64,000 nucleotides of DNA from Paraspadella gotoi (lineage: Eukaryota; Animalia; Chaetognatha). Location: positions 27,230,932 to 27,294,931 of the forward strand of contig CM119265.1 of assembly GCA_051294375.1 (NCBI GenBank), in the 5' to 3' direction. The notes beneath the pieces were generated by a model that did no database searches, was not told where the DNA came from, and saw only the letters and a list, made by a program, of their open reading frames with translations. Below, in pieces: positions 1 through 13,000 of the stretch (positions within the stretch are counted from its first letter, which is position 1; every line of letters starts with the position of its first letter). Both the position numbers and the translations under genes were made by a program.

Positions 1-110
1 AACGATTTTAAAATGAGAACACGGTCGTTTTTGTTAATACGAATTGGTGAAAGCCGGTAATAAATCATCACTACCAAAAAAATATAATGAAAAACATTTT
101 AATTTGATAT

Positions 111-340
111 TGTGGCGAATCCTAAATTCGCCTCCCGTATCGCTTGTCCCTTGGCTTGGACAGCTAAGTATTCGTTCACCAACCGTGAGTTCCGGGTTTA
201 ATCCCCTCACGGTCATGCTGGTTAAAGTGTGATGGTGTCGGCATAAACACGCCAGTGACATGGGGTGGTCAGTGGTCACTGCAGGTCCAAAGCCCTGAGC
301 GCCCAGCTGACGGCATCACACACGTCTCCCTGTTGCCAGG
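111..340 (+). mobile_element. Short structured solo-LTR-like repeat, family A copy 1 (intronic)
   Basis: Starts TGTGGCGAATCCTAAATTCGCC, contains the B-box-like GGGTTTAATCCC, and ends GGCATCACA...GTTGCCA. Alignable by eye to 1217-1412, 5195-5430 and 10296-10479. Flanks are ATAT / ATAC. Confidence 0.7.
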
Positions 341-386
341 ATACTCCGTTTTATCCACTGAACCCACAATCAATCAATCATCTTAC

Positions 387-815
387 CAAATAATGATCGG
401 CCGCGGGGACTTCAAGCTCCTCCTGGACAGACTCTGCCCACTCCTTCGTCACCCACCATCCGAAGAGCAACTCCGACGCCATCGCCTCCACGACGGCCAT
501 TCCCGGCGGGAACGTCTCCCCGGAACCCGGCGTCCGCACGAACTCCAGGTTCAGCATGGTCTTTTAAGGGGAGTGGGGGGAAAACGGGACGAAGACGATC
601 GTTGAAGGTTGGCGTTTCTTTGTTTACTACACGTTGCTTAGCAACGGATTAAATAAGCCCCTTCTCACTTTGGGAACGCCAACGTCTTCCCGATTCTGGA
701 AGGTCTCGTCGTAAAAAGTTTCCGTCGCCGCCTCCTCGAAATAACTGACGACTTCGTCTTCGGAAAACGAGTCCGAGATTTTGATTAGTTCCACCGACGG
801 GAACAGCAAGACATC

Positions 816-858
<43 letters not shown>

Positions 859-1567
859 GAATGTTGTAAAGCGATCTCTTCTCCATCGCTCGAAACAAAA
901 GTCGCATCTAATACAACAACATCATCATCATCATCAATCACTGACTTGCAAAACAAAGTTGAGTATGTGCGTCATGATGAGGTGAGACGGGCGCGTAGAC
1001 ACGCCCACCGTGAGGTTCGACCGAATCTCTTGCAAGAAATCCGAGTGACTATAAATAGATTGAGGCGTTTGAGGAGTCAAGGGACAACGCGTCGTCATGG
1101 CGACCTGAGTTAAATAGTCATTAAATAAATAAATTAGGATTAGTTAAGAAATTTATTACGAATTAAATAAAATTAACTAATTAAAATCGTATCTTGTTAG
1201 AAATTTTAACCATAACTGTGATACCCGGGCGCGGGGTATCTCACCAACTGGCGTAGGGGCTGCGGACCCTCAGTGACCGCCTCCTGTCACTGGCATGTTT
1301 AGACCGGCTCCGTCACATTTAAGCCAGAACCGGGATACCCAGGGATTAAACCCGGGACCCGGGATGATTTAGCCTGCTCAGCAGTGAGGCAGCTTTAAGT
1401 CTTGCTGCCACAAACCCCTTTTTCCGTAGACTCACCGGCGAGGCCCCCATGGTTCCCAGCGCTCCGAGAGCGCTGGCGACGGCGTCCCCGATGAGAAGGA
1501 CCCGGAAAAAGTTGATCCCGTTGGGTTCGAGGAGACGCGGCCGTCGTGAAGACGACGACGACGACAT
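387..1567 (-). CDS. Uncharacterised protein, 3' partial (continues beyond the window start)
   Basis: Four phase-0 GT-AG-bounded exons (1567-1436, 1104-946, 815-669, 560-387) join into a stop-free frame, MSSSSSSRRPRLLEPNG...EVPAADHYL, ending at a GTAAG donor. No family recognised. Confidence 0.7.
1217..1412 (-). mobile_element. Family A copy 2 (divergent, TGT...ACA termini), in intron 1 of the unknown gene
   Basis: Minus strand reads TGTGGCAG...CCGGGTTTAATCCC...GCCAGTGACAGGAGGCGGTCACTG...GGTATCACA. AAC lies on both flanks. Confidence 0.65.
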
Positions 1568-2109
1568 CGCGAGTCTTTGACGCGAAAAGGGAAAGAAGCG
1601 GCGAAGTTCATCGTCAGAGAAAAACCAAACTCGTCGTCGTCGTCGTCGTCCGAATCATCGTCGAGGTTTTCGTCGATCGTCGTTGTTGTTATCTATCGGG
1701 TCGTGGACTTGAAAACAGGGACGGGAGGCGCGAAGAGAGTTCTGTGCCGCGTCTCTCGCTCTCTCTCTCTCTCTGTTTGTCTCTCCTGTCTCGCGCATCG
1801 CACGACGCGCCGACCTGCTTTATTTTTTTAAGAACAAAAAGGAGAGAAGGATAACAGGTGAAAAACTGAGCGCGTGGTCTCGCCATGCTAAGGACAGTAA
1901 GGACACGCCATGTTGCATTTTTATTTTTTTAACTGACGAAGCTAACTGAGGGGCATTAGTTTGACTCGAATCAAATTTGGCACTAAAATTTAATAATAAC
2001 AAAATAGGCGAGACCGAGTAACAAACGAGTATAGCCAAAAAAAATAAAAAAATAACGAGGAAGAGGTCCAACAGTAACACAGATCAAAGTCTTTTAAAAA
2101 TATTAGTGG

Positions 2110-4356
2110 TCACGTGACTTCTTCCGGTTTCAACTCCACCACCTCCTCTTCTTCGCTTTCGCTCTCCTCCTCCGCTTTTCCTTTCCCGGTCTCCATCGTC
2201 CATTGACTCGGTCCACCTTCGCCGATCCTCATTCCGGCGCCGCCGAGAGACCGCTCCAAATCTACGGCGCCGCCGAGAGACCGCTCCGAATCGAGGGCTT
2301 CGCCGTTCGAGTCGGCGTTCGTCGCCACGTCGGCGTCGTTTTCCTCCGAATCCGTTTCGCTTTGTTCCGATTCTTCCTCTTCCTCTTTTTCTTCTTCTTC
2401 TTCCTCCTCCTTCCTCCACTTCTCCATCATCTCGTCTGCCTCCATCCTCGCCTTCTTCAAATCTAATTCGAGTTCGTCTCTTTGAGTCTTCAACGCAGTC
2501 ATTTGTCTACGGGCGTCCGCGGCGAAGCTGGCCAAGAGAATTTCATTTTAATCTCCCTTATTTTGACTATTTGTATAAATCTTCTATTTATATCTTTCAT
2601 CGATTGTCAAAGTTTTTCCACTACTAGAAATTTTTCTGGAATTTTCTAGAAATTTACCGTTTTCCCGGTTGTTTGTCTAATGACTATTATATGAAATTTC
2701 AAAAATCATAAACAACTTTTTAAATTCACTTCTTCAGTAAATAGTAGCTAAAGCTTCTAATTTTCTTTAAAACCTTCTATAAACCTTCCATCATTCGCCA
2801 GAATGAATTTAAATCTTTCATAAATCCCTCAAGATTTCCCTCCCCTCCTGCTTCTTCGAAATCCCACAACTCACCCGACGGGTTCTCCCTTGGCTCGTCG
2901 TTCGGTGTCTTCGCCGAGACGAGTCTTGATTTCTTGAGTGACGGCGTTGACTTTGACGAGAGCGACGTTGGTGCAGCGTATCACCTTGGTAACGGAATCG
3001 AAAGGACATCACTTTTCAATCTCTTTCCTCATTCAACAAACTCCATCTCCATCACCTGCTCTTTCTCCAGCATCAACTTCCCCGCCATCTGCAGACAACA
3101 GATTTCCTGATGCGCGTTCATCCCGACGATGACTTTCCCGTCCATCGTCTTCTCCTCCAAATCCGTTGGGTCGACCACCATGTGCTTCCCGCTCTCCATG
3201 AAGGCGAACGTCGTGCAAACTGAGGTAAGTTAGTATGTGATAAGCTAGTTCAGTACATATTCGCTACACAGAAATGTCAATAAAACATTCGCACACACTC
3301 GGAATGTGATGAACTGAGAGATGAATGGGATCTTTGTCGTCGAAGGAATGGACTGTGATATCGTCTCGGCTTACCGTGACGTCGGGGCGTCTGTCACGGA
3401 TTCAAAATTGTATTCATTTCCCCAAAAGTAAAACGAAGGATCGAATTAAATCAAGGCCAGGCCCACTGACCGGAAGTGAAGCAGCGCCGCCATCGCGGCC
3501 ATCGAGGCGGCGTCGATCAAGTTTCCTCGATGATTCAAGACGTGAATGTCGACGCAAATATCCCAAACCTTTTCGCCTATAAAAATATTTAATTTAAGGT
3601 TATATTACTTAATTCATCAATTATAAATTAATAGTCTTGACCCACCGGAAATGACGCAGAGGGCCTCGAGGTCGACGCACTTGGACTCTTTGATGAGTCT
3701 CTCGAGAATTCGCGAGATTTCCACGTGGAGATCGGAATTGGGTCTATTAGCCTCGAACTCGGGCGCCGCCATCGGAGAGAGTTCTGGGAATTGGGGGGGG
3801 GGAGGATGAGAAAATATTGTAACATTTGTGTGTATTGATTGGTAACGATGCCGTACCGTGCCCTTCAACTTAAACGGCCCCTCACTTCTTCTGCGACTCA
3901 AATGGGGGAAACTCAAACCTTTTTTGGTCGGAAGCATCTCGTTTTATTAGGTACCCATCTATGATTCTTAAACTACCAAGAAGCGGGCTAAATACAGCCG
4001 CCAGTCCCTCTCTGGACTGTAAACAGGCCGATATTCAGAGAGAGAGAAAGATAACCTAAGAAATGGGCCCAACAACGGATTTTGCTTTCACCCTCTCTTC
4101 AAAACCGCGACCCACCCACGTTGATCTTCATGAGTCCCTCCGCGGGTCGGGCGTCCTTCGGAGAGTTGATCTTACAAGAGACTTGAGACAGAACCCGCGT
4201 CTCTCCCAGCGTCACTTGAGCGCAGCCAAAGTCGACGCCGAAATTGAGGACGACGTCGCGGACGTCGTAGGGGGCGCGGCCGTCGAGGCGCCGACCCTCG
4301 GCCAGCGCCGCCAGGACGAAGGACTGTTCCACGTTAGACAAAGGAAGATCCTTCAT
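2110..4356 (-). CDS. EXOSC9: Exosome complex component RRP45
   Basis: About 7 spliced exons give MKDLPLSNVEQSF..RRLDGRAPYD, ELSPMAAPEFE..ESKCVDLEALCVISGEKVW, HFRRPDVTV, LSVHHIPICTTFAF, VVDPTDLEE..MNAHQEIC, GFAADARRQMTAL and an acidic tail, colinear with human EXOSC9. Confidence 0.95.
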
Positions 4357-4655
4357 GGTGGTCGTTGTTGTTGTTCTGACTAATATTGAATACGGTTTAT
4401 ATGCGAAGTCATGAATATGTCTGGAAACCGGTTTTATTCACATCTAAACAAAAACGAAAATATTTTTAAGTCAATCCGGTAGAAGTAAGAAAACATGGCT
4501 AAAATCGATTAAAAGCGACAACATTTCTTTGCAATTCTCTGCAACTCTTTGCCATTGACCGAATTAACTTAACTTATTAAAAGTCATATCAAATAACGAG
4601 CGAATGAAACAAAACGGAACTCTTTGCATCAATAGAAAGAAAAAGAAAATCCTGG

Positions 4656-6946
4656 TTAAGGCAGTTTCCATGTCCTAATCATGTCCGCGACGAACAAGGC
4701 GGTCAAGTACACCGAAGCGAACGCCCCCTTGTCGTCTTCTCCTTTTCTCAAAAACTGTTTCGTCCAATTGGGACATGAGATTAAAGAGCAGCCGCTTCTC
4801 GAGATTTCCGTCGAGGCTTCCTTGACACCGCACTCCTCGTTCACTTCTCCTTTCCTCGACGCCGTCCCTCGCCGCAACAGCTCCTCCACGAGGTTCGCCG
4901 CGCTCTTGACGTTTCTTCCGACGCGGAGGCCGAAGTGGGCGGCGACGCGGTCGGGTTTCACCTTGAAGACATTGACGCCGCAATCGAGGTGTGTCTCTTC
5001 GCGAAGAGCGAGGTGAGCGACGACGAGGCCTTCGACGAAGGCAGAATTGACGCCACGCTTGATCACGGCCGGGTTGCGTTCCGTTGATCTGGTCGGTCGG
5101 TCCACGAGGAAATAGGCGTCGGCGGGAGGGAGACTAGGGGATTAAGAAAGAAGAACACTATAAAATTGTTGACTGAATGAAAGAATATGTATGTTATGGC
5201 AACAGGGAGACATATGTGATGCCCAGGGTGTGAGGCATGTCCCGACAGCTGCCGCTCAGGGCTTTTGGACCTGAGGTGACAACCCCAAGTCACTGGCGTA
5301 CTTATATCGGCACCATCACTTAACCTGCCCGACCGGACCGGATTGGTAAGCGAGTACTGAGCTTTCCAAGCTAATGGGACGAGCTGAGTTTTGCCGAGCT
5401 ATACCGGAGGCGAATTTAAGATTCCCCACAATACACTACATTCAATTACTCAGCAAGCGCGGCGGAGACGCCCTCCAAATATCTCGCGTGCTTGTAAGTC
5501 GATTTTTGGTCCGAGGACGAAAAGTCAAAGTCGAGAAAAGTCACGAGATCGAGACTCAATCGAGACTGGATGGCGATCGTCGACGAGCTCCTTTTCGTCG
5601 ACTTGCCCTCCTCCGGCGAATACGTGGCATCCCTTATTTCCTTCTCACTTTCCGCCGTCACTCTCGCGGCGACGATCCCGCTCAAATCTACGTCCAAGAC
5701 CGCAAAGGAGGCGAGGCGCTCCACGTCGCCCTTCGAAGGGCGAGGGACGCAAAAGGCGGGCGCGGAAGAGTCCGTTCGATCAGAGTTGGCGAGGATGGAC
5801 TGACAGATGGACTCGATTTCCACGAGACTCAAACCTGGAAAGAAAGGGGGGGGGGAATTGATACGGATAAGGAGTGGGGATTTTTAAAAACAAGGAAAAA
5901 CGATTCCAAGGTTTCGAGCCGCGTAACCGGATTTTAAGATCATCATGTGATTAAATGGTATGACAAATGTTATGAAAAAATGTTATGTTATGCTATGTTA
6001 TTATCTTATAAAGACTTTAACCAACCATAGCCTGTCGAAAGTCATGGGCAAGGTAACTACGAATACATTTTTTATATTGTTTATAAAATTTTCATATGAC
6101 TTATGCATAATTGTCCCGAAGTACATCACTTATCAGCTAAATATAAATGATTTAAAACAACCCGGTATTGCATTTGTTTTAATTACTTAATCAGGTGCAT
6201 AAAAAGAGTCATTTAGTGCGTCACCCGTCTACCAAGTAATAATTAAATTTGGTCACGAGTACGAGTATGAAAATTTCAAAAAAACAAAAAAAACAAAAAA
6301 AAACAAAAACAAAAAGACAGACAGACTGACCGAAACCTTATAATAACGCACTTTCTGTCAGGAGCAAGTCGGAGAGACGATTGATCGAATCTTCTTCCGA
6401 GAGACGAAGTCGCGTTCTTCTTTCCGTCTTGAATTTCTCGATCTTCGCCGCGCGTCGCTTTCCAAATTTTGGGATCGATTCCAACTCTGTCTTAGACGAA
6501 CTGAGATGAAAGAGGAGTCTCATCATTACCTTGTCACTTTGTCTCCCACACTCGCATGCTCTCTCTCTCTCTCACCCATCCACCTACCTGTTTATAACTT
6601 CAACGATTCTCTTCTGTTCCTCCTCGGAGTAATTCTCCGACAAATATCTTTCACCCAAACGAAACACTACGCGGTCGCCGTCCTCCACATCGGGGTCGTG
6701 AGGTGCCTCCTTCGAAGCGACGCTGTTCTCCGCATCGCCGTCTCCCAGCGCCTCCTTCGAAGCGGCGCCGAATCGTCTAGTGACGACAGGAGTCCTCTCC
6801 GACAACTTAATCGATTTCGTCGTCCCGACGACGATCGCTCGTGCCTTCGAAACTGCAGCCTTCCGAACGCACCACGTCGCGAATTTGAGGCCAAAAGTCG
6901 GCGCCGCTTTGAGCGCGCGCATCGATGACGTTCGAACAAGATTCAT
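4656..6946 (-). CDS. TEFM: Mitochondrial transcription elongation factor
   Basis: Four exons. Basic presequence-like N-terminus, HhH region YSEEEQKRIVEVIN..SKTELESIPKFGKRRA, and RuvC-like region YLEGVSAALADLPPADAYFLVD..VAAHFGLRVG matching TEFM (VYLEEISSIISKMPKADFYVLE..VGKHFELMIG). Confidence 0.85.
5195..5430 (-). mobile_element. Family A copy 3, in the last TEFM intron
   Basis: Minus strand reads TGTGGGGAATCTTAAATTCGCC...GCCAGTGAC...GGTCCAAAAGCCCTGAGCG...GGCATCACATATGTCTCCCTGTTGCCATA. Confidence 0.7.
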
Positions 6947-7089
6947 GAGAACAACTTCGTCCAATGACAAAAAAAAGGTTCGGAACGAAAAAAAAAAAAC
7001 TACTGGAGGAAATATTCATCGCAAAAAAGAAGCAGTTGTGGCGCCATTAACACAGTCATGAAACAAATCATGTTGCAGTGGATTCACTC

Positions 7090-7615
7090 TTATACTTTTC
7101 GATAAAATTGGCGGAGGCAATTCGCCATCCCTAAAACGCAGATAAGCTGAAGCGTCACGTTTCGGACGTTGTTCGGTCTCGGGGCCTTCATATCCTCGAC
7201 CTTCCGCCTAAACCTCTCCTCCAGTCCTCCACCTTCGCCTTAACCTCTCCACGATCATCCGCCTCCGCGCCCAACCGAGACTCTCGTCGTACTTAGCCCG
7301 ACTGTCGGGATCGCGCAGAGCTTCGTAGGCGACGGCGACGGAGAAGTAGGTCATGCGGTTGAAATCGGCCGAGTATTGGGCGGAGGGAGACTTGTCTTTG
7401 GGATTGAGATCGGGATGGTGAAGGAAGGAAAGGCGCTCGTAGGCTTCTTCGATGTCCTCCTGAGATGCGTCGACGGGCAGTTCGAGGATGTGGTAATAGT
7501 CGGACCGGGAGGGGGAGACGCTGAAGGCTCGGGCGGACGCGGGAAAAGAGAGGGACGAAGGAGGTTTACGAAAAAGAGTCAGCAGCGCCGCAGTCGCCGC
7601 ACGCTTCATTATCAT
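7090..7615 (-). CDS. Small J-domain (DnaJ/Hsp40 class C) protein, probably mitochondrial
   Basis: Presequence-like start, then DYYHILEL..HHPDLNP..AYEALRDPDSRAKYD. The direct ORF stops at 7208. Removing 31 nt (7244-7214, GT..AG) extends it to a hydrophobic C-terminus ending at 7090. Confidence 0.85.
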
Positions 7616-7825
7616 CGTTAATAAATTAACCTAATATAAAAACAATATCTTATGATATAAACGAGTGATCACGAATAATTCTGGTGCGCTTTTTTTTTCG
7701 CGGGAGTGGGTTGTATCCAAGCGGTGAGCAAATCAAGGGTTACACACGCAAAGGCCCGTTTATTATTCCGCTAACGATTTTTTTTAAACAACAATTGAGT
7801 TTGATATTTAAAATCAATTTATTAA

Positions 7826-9334
7826 TCATAAATCCGTTCTTAACAAGGTTCTGTGTCGAGTCTCTCCCGATCCCTGGCGATACGAATTGAAATACATGTA
7901 GCGCGAAAAAAATATATAGAGCCAACGGAACCAAACCAACTGGGACTGATGAGCCTGCATTGCTGCGAGGGTCTGAGAAAGAGAGAGAGAAAGGTAAAAA
8001 AAAGGTAAGGTTCCAATCTCGAGACATTTATGTCCAGAGTAAAAAAGTTCATTTTCACAAGCTTGCGAGATCGCGATTCCCAGCGTGATGTTAAAAATGA
8101 ATTAGTTTTAATTATTGTATTTATCTAATCTAATTTAACTAATCTACATTTATAATCACCGGCACAATCTACGATTTCGCGTTCAAATTTTCAGTCGTTC
8201 CCGCCAAAATCTCTTGATATCGGATGTTGTTTCACAATGTTTAAAATTAATAAATATATTTCCAATAATTATCACTGATAAATTACTTTTAAGTATTGAG
8301 GAACGCTGGAGACGAAATAGACGTCCCTCTGAGACCCGGTGAGGAACAAGGAGTCAAGGAAGGAAGAGTATTTCCTGCCGAGGCTCACTGTCTTCAGAAA
8401 ATACACGACTGACTTTTCCTGCGTGAAAAAAAAATCTAAATTTATTTAACGTTGTTTTTTCGTAGCCTAGCGACGCTTTTTAAAAAAATTTTTTTTAACC
8501 TTCTGAGATCTTGAGAACTGAGAGGCACCGTGAAAAAGAGAAATGTGATTCTTGTGTCCGCTCACGCCGCGTTCGTCGAAGGTGAAAATGGCGCTAAAGT
8601 TGTGCGTTTCCTGCATCCTGCAACGGGAGTGAGGGGGGGAAGGGATGAGATATGGTGAAGCCTTCACTGGAGGGAGCGAAAAAAAACCTTTTTTGAATCA
8701 CATTCGAGTTTGTTAACAATCAGATCGTTTTTTTTGAAAGAAAAGAAAAAAAAAAGAAAAAAAAAAAAAAACCTGGCGATGGAATTGGCGATCGCCGTCG
8801 CGTCCCAAGTCAAACGGGGATCGTCGTCAAAGTCTTCGACGACGACGTTGGTTCGATCGATCCCCAAATTCATCCCCGCCGCCTGCAATTCTTTGACGCG
8901 GACGGAACCGAGGCCGTCGTAGTCGCCGCTCGACAAGCAGAGCAAATGAACCTCGAAACCTTTCGAGCAAAAAAAAGTAAAAAAAAGAAGACTTTAGCGA
9001 TCGTAAAAAAAATGATGAGTTTCGAAGACCTTACCTTTTTCGACGAGGCTCAAAATGGTGGGGGCGAAGAACATGACTTCGTCGTCCGGGTGAGCCGTCA
9101 GCAGCAGAACTTTCGAGGCGGGGAAGTTCAAGAGTTGGAATCGGCTGCGATGACGCAAGACCAGAAAGGCGATGAATCCGAATCTTTGGTGGGGGAAGAA
9201 ATGGGGGGGGGGACCGGAAATAAGCGAAAGGGTGAAATCGGATTCGCGTCACGAATCTGAGATCTGATATTCTTCCGTCTTACTTACCCCAATAAGGCAA
9301 TGATGCAAAGCACAACGATAACAGATGCCGACAT
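7826..9334 (-). CDS. PIGL: GlcNAc-PI de-N-acetylase
   Basis: Spliced exons give an N-terminal hydrophobic anchor, LTAHPDDEVMFFAP, LCLSSGDYDGLGSVRVKEL, TFDERGVSGHKNH and AMQAHQSQLVWFRWLYIFFSRYMYFN. Confidence 0.93.
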
Positions 9335-9549
9335 CCCAAACAGATGCGAGCGACGTCGAGGATAGCTTTTCTTAAGCCAAAAACTATATGAGTTTTCTTT
9401 GGGGGTTTGGGAGGGAAATGAAGAGCAAGGCGAAGAACAACTTGGAGAAGATGAATTCGCAATAATGTTTTTTTTTTTAAATGGGGGTCGTTCTATTAAC
9501 AACTGGATGTTTAGTTTTTTGGGTTTTTTTTTGTTTCTTCCCCCTCCTC

Positions 9550-9848
9550 TTAACCGGTTTGGTTGTTCTGAGGAGGAGTCTCCCCAAGGAGCCCGTTCAA
9601 GGCCAGATCGGTCCACTTCTGCTCCGCCTCGGCCAGAGTCTCTTGGGTCTTTCCGTTGTCGGGCTCCGGTTCGGGCAACTCCATCGCCGGCACCATCACG
9701 TCGTCGTCGGGCAATCGATCCTTATTAAAAAATTTTTTTAAAATAAGAACGAATAAATTATTCTAAAAAAAAGACAATATACCTTCCGCCAATCGTCGTC
9801 CACCAAATCCATGAGATGCTCGTCCGGTTGATATTGACTGTCGCTCAT
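9550..9848 (-). CDS. ANAPC13: Anaphase-promoting complex subunit 13
   Basis: Exons 9848-9783 and 9720-9550 encode MSDSQYQPDEHLMDLVDDDWRKDRLPDDDVMVPAMELPEPEPDNG..EQKWTDLAL, matching APC13. Confidence 0.93.
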
Positions 9849-10006
9849 CACGACGCTTAAACAATAACAGTTTTCACGACACTGAAGTGTAAAAAATAAA
9901 CATAAACAAGCATAAATAGTAAACAATGTCGTTGGTGGTGAGAGAGAGAGAGAAAAAAAGGAATGTTAATTATTATTGACGAGATCCTTTTTCCTTTTCT
10001 TTGTTT

Positions 10007-13000
10007 TTAATCTTCTTTCTTCTGATGATCGAGATTAATATCTAAGTGGAAATCTTTAGGTCGGGACATTACGGTGGACCACATCAGCAGCCAGAGCGGA
10101 AAATAACCTGAAAATAAAATAAAATATTTTTTTTTCATGAAATTTGCAAAATTGTCTGCTTAATTTAAGATTTTATATCGATGTTGGTCTGGAAATAGGA
10201 TAAAACACAAGGATAAAATACTTTCAACTCTGGGTTTTTAATTAAAAATTATCATTCTTGTCAGGAAGTTATTTATTGATAAAATATGTAAATACTGAGG
10301 CGAATCCTAAATTCGTTCTATCCCCTCACGGTCACGCTGGTTAAGTGTGATGGTGTCGGCTTAAACACGCCAGTGACATGGGGTGGTCGCTGCATGTTCA
10401 AAGCCCTGAGCGCCAACTGTCGCGAGATGGCTCGCACCCCTCACACACCAGGCATCACACAAGACTGCCCGTTGCCATAATATATTGGTTGTACCAATTT
10501 CATAATATATTTGAGCCTGGAGTTTCTTACCCAAAACGGCAATGGTGATAGTTTGAACTCCGTGAACGTGAAGATCCACGACTGAACTGAACAATCCTTC
10601 CTTGTACACCTTGATTGAAAGAAGGACGAAATATGTCTGGTTGATAATGATATTTCACCGAAAACACACTTTTGCTGACTCTCTCTCTCTCTCTCTCTCT
10701 CACCGAAAACACCCTGGCCATTTCTACATCCTCGTCGTACATCAGCATCCGCATCACGACCCCATAGAGAAACAGCATCGGGGGCGAGACGGCGAGAACA
10801 AGAAGAGAAGTGACGCCGCGAGCGAGGAGCGTCTCCCTCGGACTCGTCACCAACGCCACGGGGACGACGATGAGGGACGTCAAGAGGGCGAGAGAGAAGT
10901 TGGTGAGGGAGAGGGAGAAGAGGAAGAGTGCGAGGAGCATGAGGGAGACGCACTTGAGAAGAGCGGAGGTCGAGGTGGTCATGCCGCGGGAGAAGGGTGC
11001 GTCGTGAGAATGGCCTGTTCGTATGGGGAAAAGGAAGGATTTGAACTTATTCGGATCTGACCAAAATTAATCAAGTTGTCGTTCCTTCACCATTAACCTT
11101 GAACGATGCAGGCGACGGAGGTCGGGGGCGCGCGTTGCGACGAAGAACTTTCCACGATTTTGCTGAGATAAACGGGGATGATGAGGATCGGGGTGAGCAA
11201 AGCCACGTGACCTAAGAGAAGACCCGTCGAGAGGGGAACGCGGAAGACGCGTCCCGTGTCCATGAAGAATCGGTGACTAAAGAAGGGGAAGCATTATTGT
11301 AAGATCAGTAAATTGTTTAATTTTAAAGTCTAACAAAGATCCGTCGTATTACATGCAAGAAAGAAAATAAAATCGCTAATAGAATTCGTTAGAAAATACA
11401 ATGGTGAGAAATTGTTTTGCTCACTCTGTTCAAACGCCGGTATTTTTCTCTCTCTCTTTCTTTCCCTCTCTCTCTTTCTTTTTACAATTAGCCAATCTGA
11501 TTCCATTCGCTTATCATTTCAATAAATCTTCCTCTCATTTTGTTTACCATTTTCATCACGACCACCTCCACTGCGACCAAGTCTCGATTGAAATTGTTTT
11601 CTCCTCCAAATACCTGACGAAAATGACAAAGGCAGCGAGGTAACTGTAGGCAAGGTTGATGACGATGTGAAGCACGTTGACGGGCGGTTTGGGCTCCTCG
11701 CTCTCATCCTCTTCATCCTCCCTTTCTTTGTTGGGGTTGGAGCAGAGATTTCGAATCATTTCCTTGGGGAAGGAAGTAAAACAGTTTTTTTAAAGACGTT
11801 AAGTCTCTCGTGAATAAATCAATAAATAAATCATCGCCGGCCGAACCTTCAACGGTGGAATAAGTTCCATCATTCCGGCGTCGGACCAAAGAGAAAAGGC
11901 CTGGACGATGAGAGGAACGACGATGAGAGCAAAGGGGCGCATGTAGAGACCGATGGAGACGTAACGCTCCGTCGCGGGGAGGACGTAGAAAAAGAACGAC
12001 TGAAAGAGTCATGGAAATAAAAGAAGGCATGGAACTTGCAGAAGCCATGGACGTCAAGGGAGACTATACGTATATCTCATGCAAAATACATTTCGTAATT
12101 GAACATTGAACAATGAACAACACAAAGAGTCCTACCAAAAATGACAAGGCTAACTCCTTTTCAAAAAACCCCCTCACCTGGTGAAACCTTTCCAACAGAT
12201 TGTTCAAACTCCTGAAGATCGATTCCACGATCCTCGCCATCTCCAAAGCTCCGAACCTCGCGTCGGACGGGGCTCCCTCGAGGGAGGAGAGGGTAATGGC
12301 TTCCACGTGATACTTGTGAAAGAGGCCGTGATTGCCCGAGTGGTAGCCCGTCGCCTGGCCGAGCATGCCACGGGCCAGGGTCTTGAGCGAGTGGAGGAGG
12401 CCGTTTCGAGAGTTGGGAGATTGGTGATCCACGCGGTTCTTCAGTTTGGGGACGATTCCTTCTTTTCTGAAGGCGGGAGGGAGAGAGAAAAATGGTACAT
12501 TTTTAAAAAAACAGCATAGCAGCCGCAAATATAAAGTGTCTCGTAACCAACCGGATCATCCTGACGGCGAGGTTGACGAGATCCAAGTTCGGCAATTGAC
12601 CGTTCAATCCCTCGATCTTTAAATCGATCGCTGCCAATTTCTTAGAATTCATTTCCAAGTTGATCGCAGCTTGAATTGAGCCGCCTCTGGCTTGCAGTTC
12701 CGCCGTCTAGAGAAAAATTAAAAATGATTCAATGGTATTAACGTAAATTATTAATGTAATTGTAATGTAATGTAATTGTCCCGATCGACTTACCTTGAAG
12801 TGGGTGGACGGCATTTGATGATAAGCTTCGAGCCAGGCGGCCATCCCAACGTCCTCGTGGTCGGTGACGAGGACGATGATGTCCTTGGCCCAGTAGGTCG
12901 TCTTCCTGGCAAATTGCGCGAAGGCCAGCATGGTAGCTATGGCGTAATTGTTTTCCGGCTTGAGGCCGTTGTCCGGAGGTCGGTAGGGAGCGCTGAGGAC

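Noticed and set aside
111-340. Family A as an intronic snoRNA/scaRNA (ACA end, C/D-like GTGATG and CTGA)
   Set aside because: Copies occur in both orientations relative to host genes, which fits a mobile element rather than an intron-processed RNA.
7941-7980. CTGATGAG...CTGA suggesting a hammerhead ribozyme or C/D snoRNA
   Set aside because: It is the antisense of the last PIGL coding exon, and no GAAA core with supporting stems is present.
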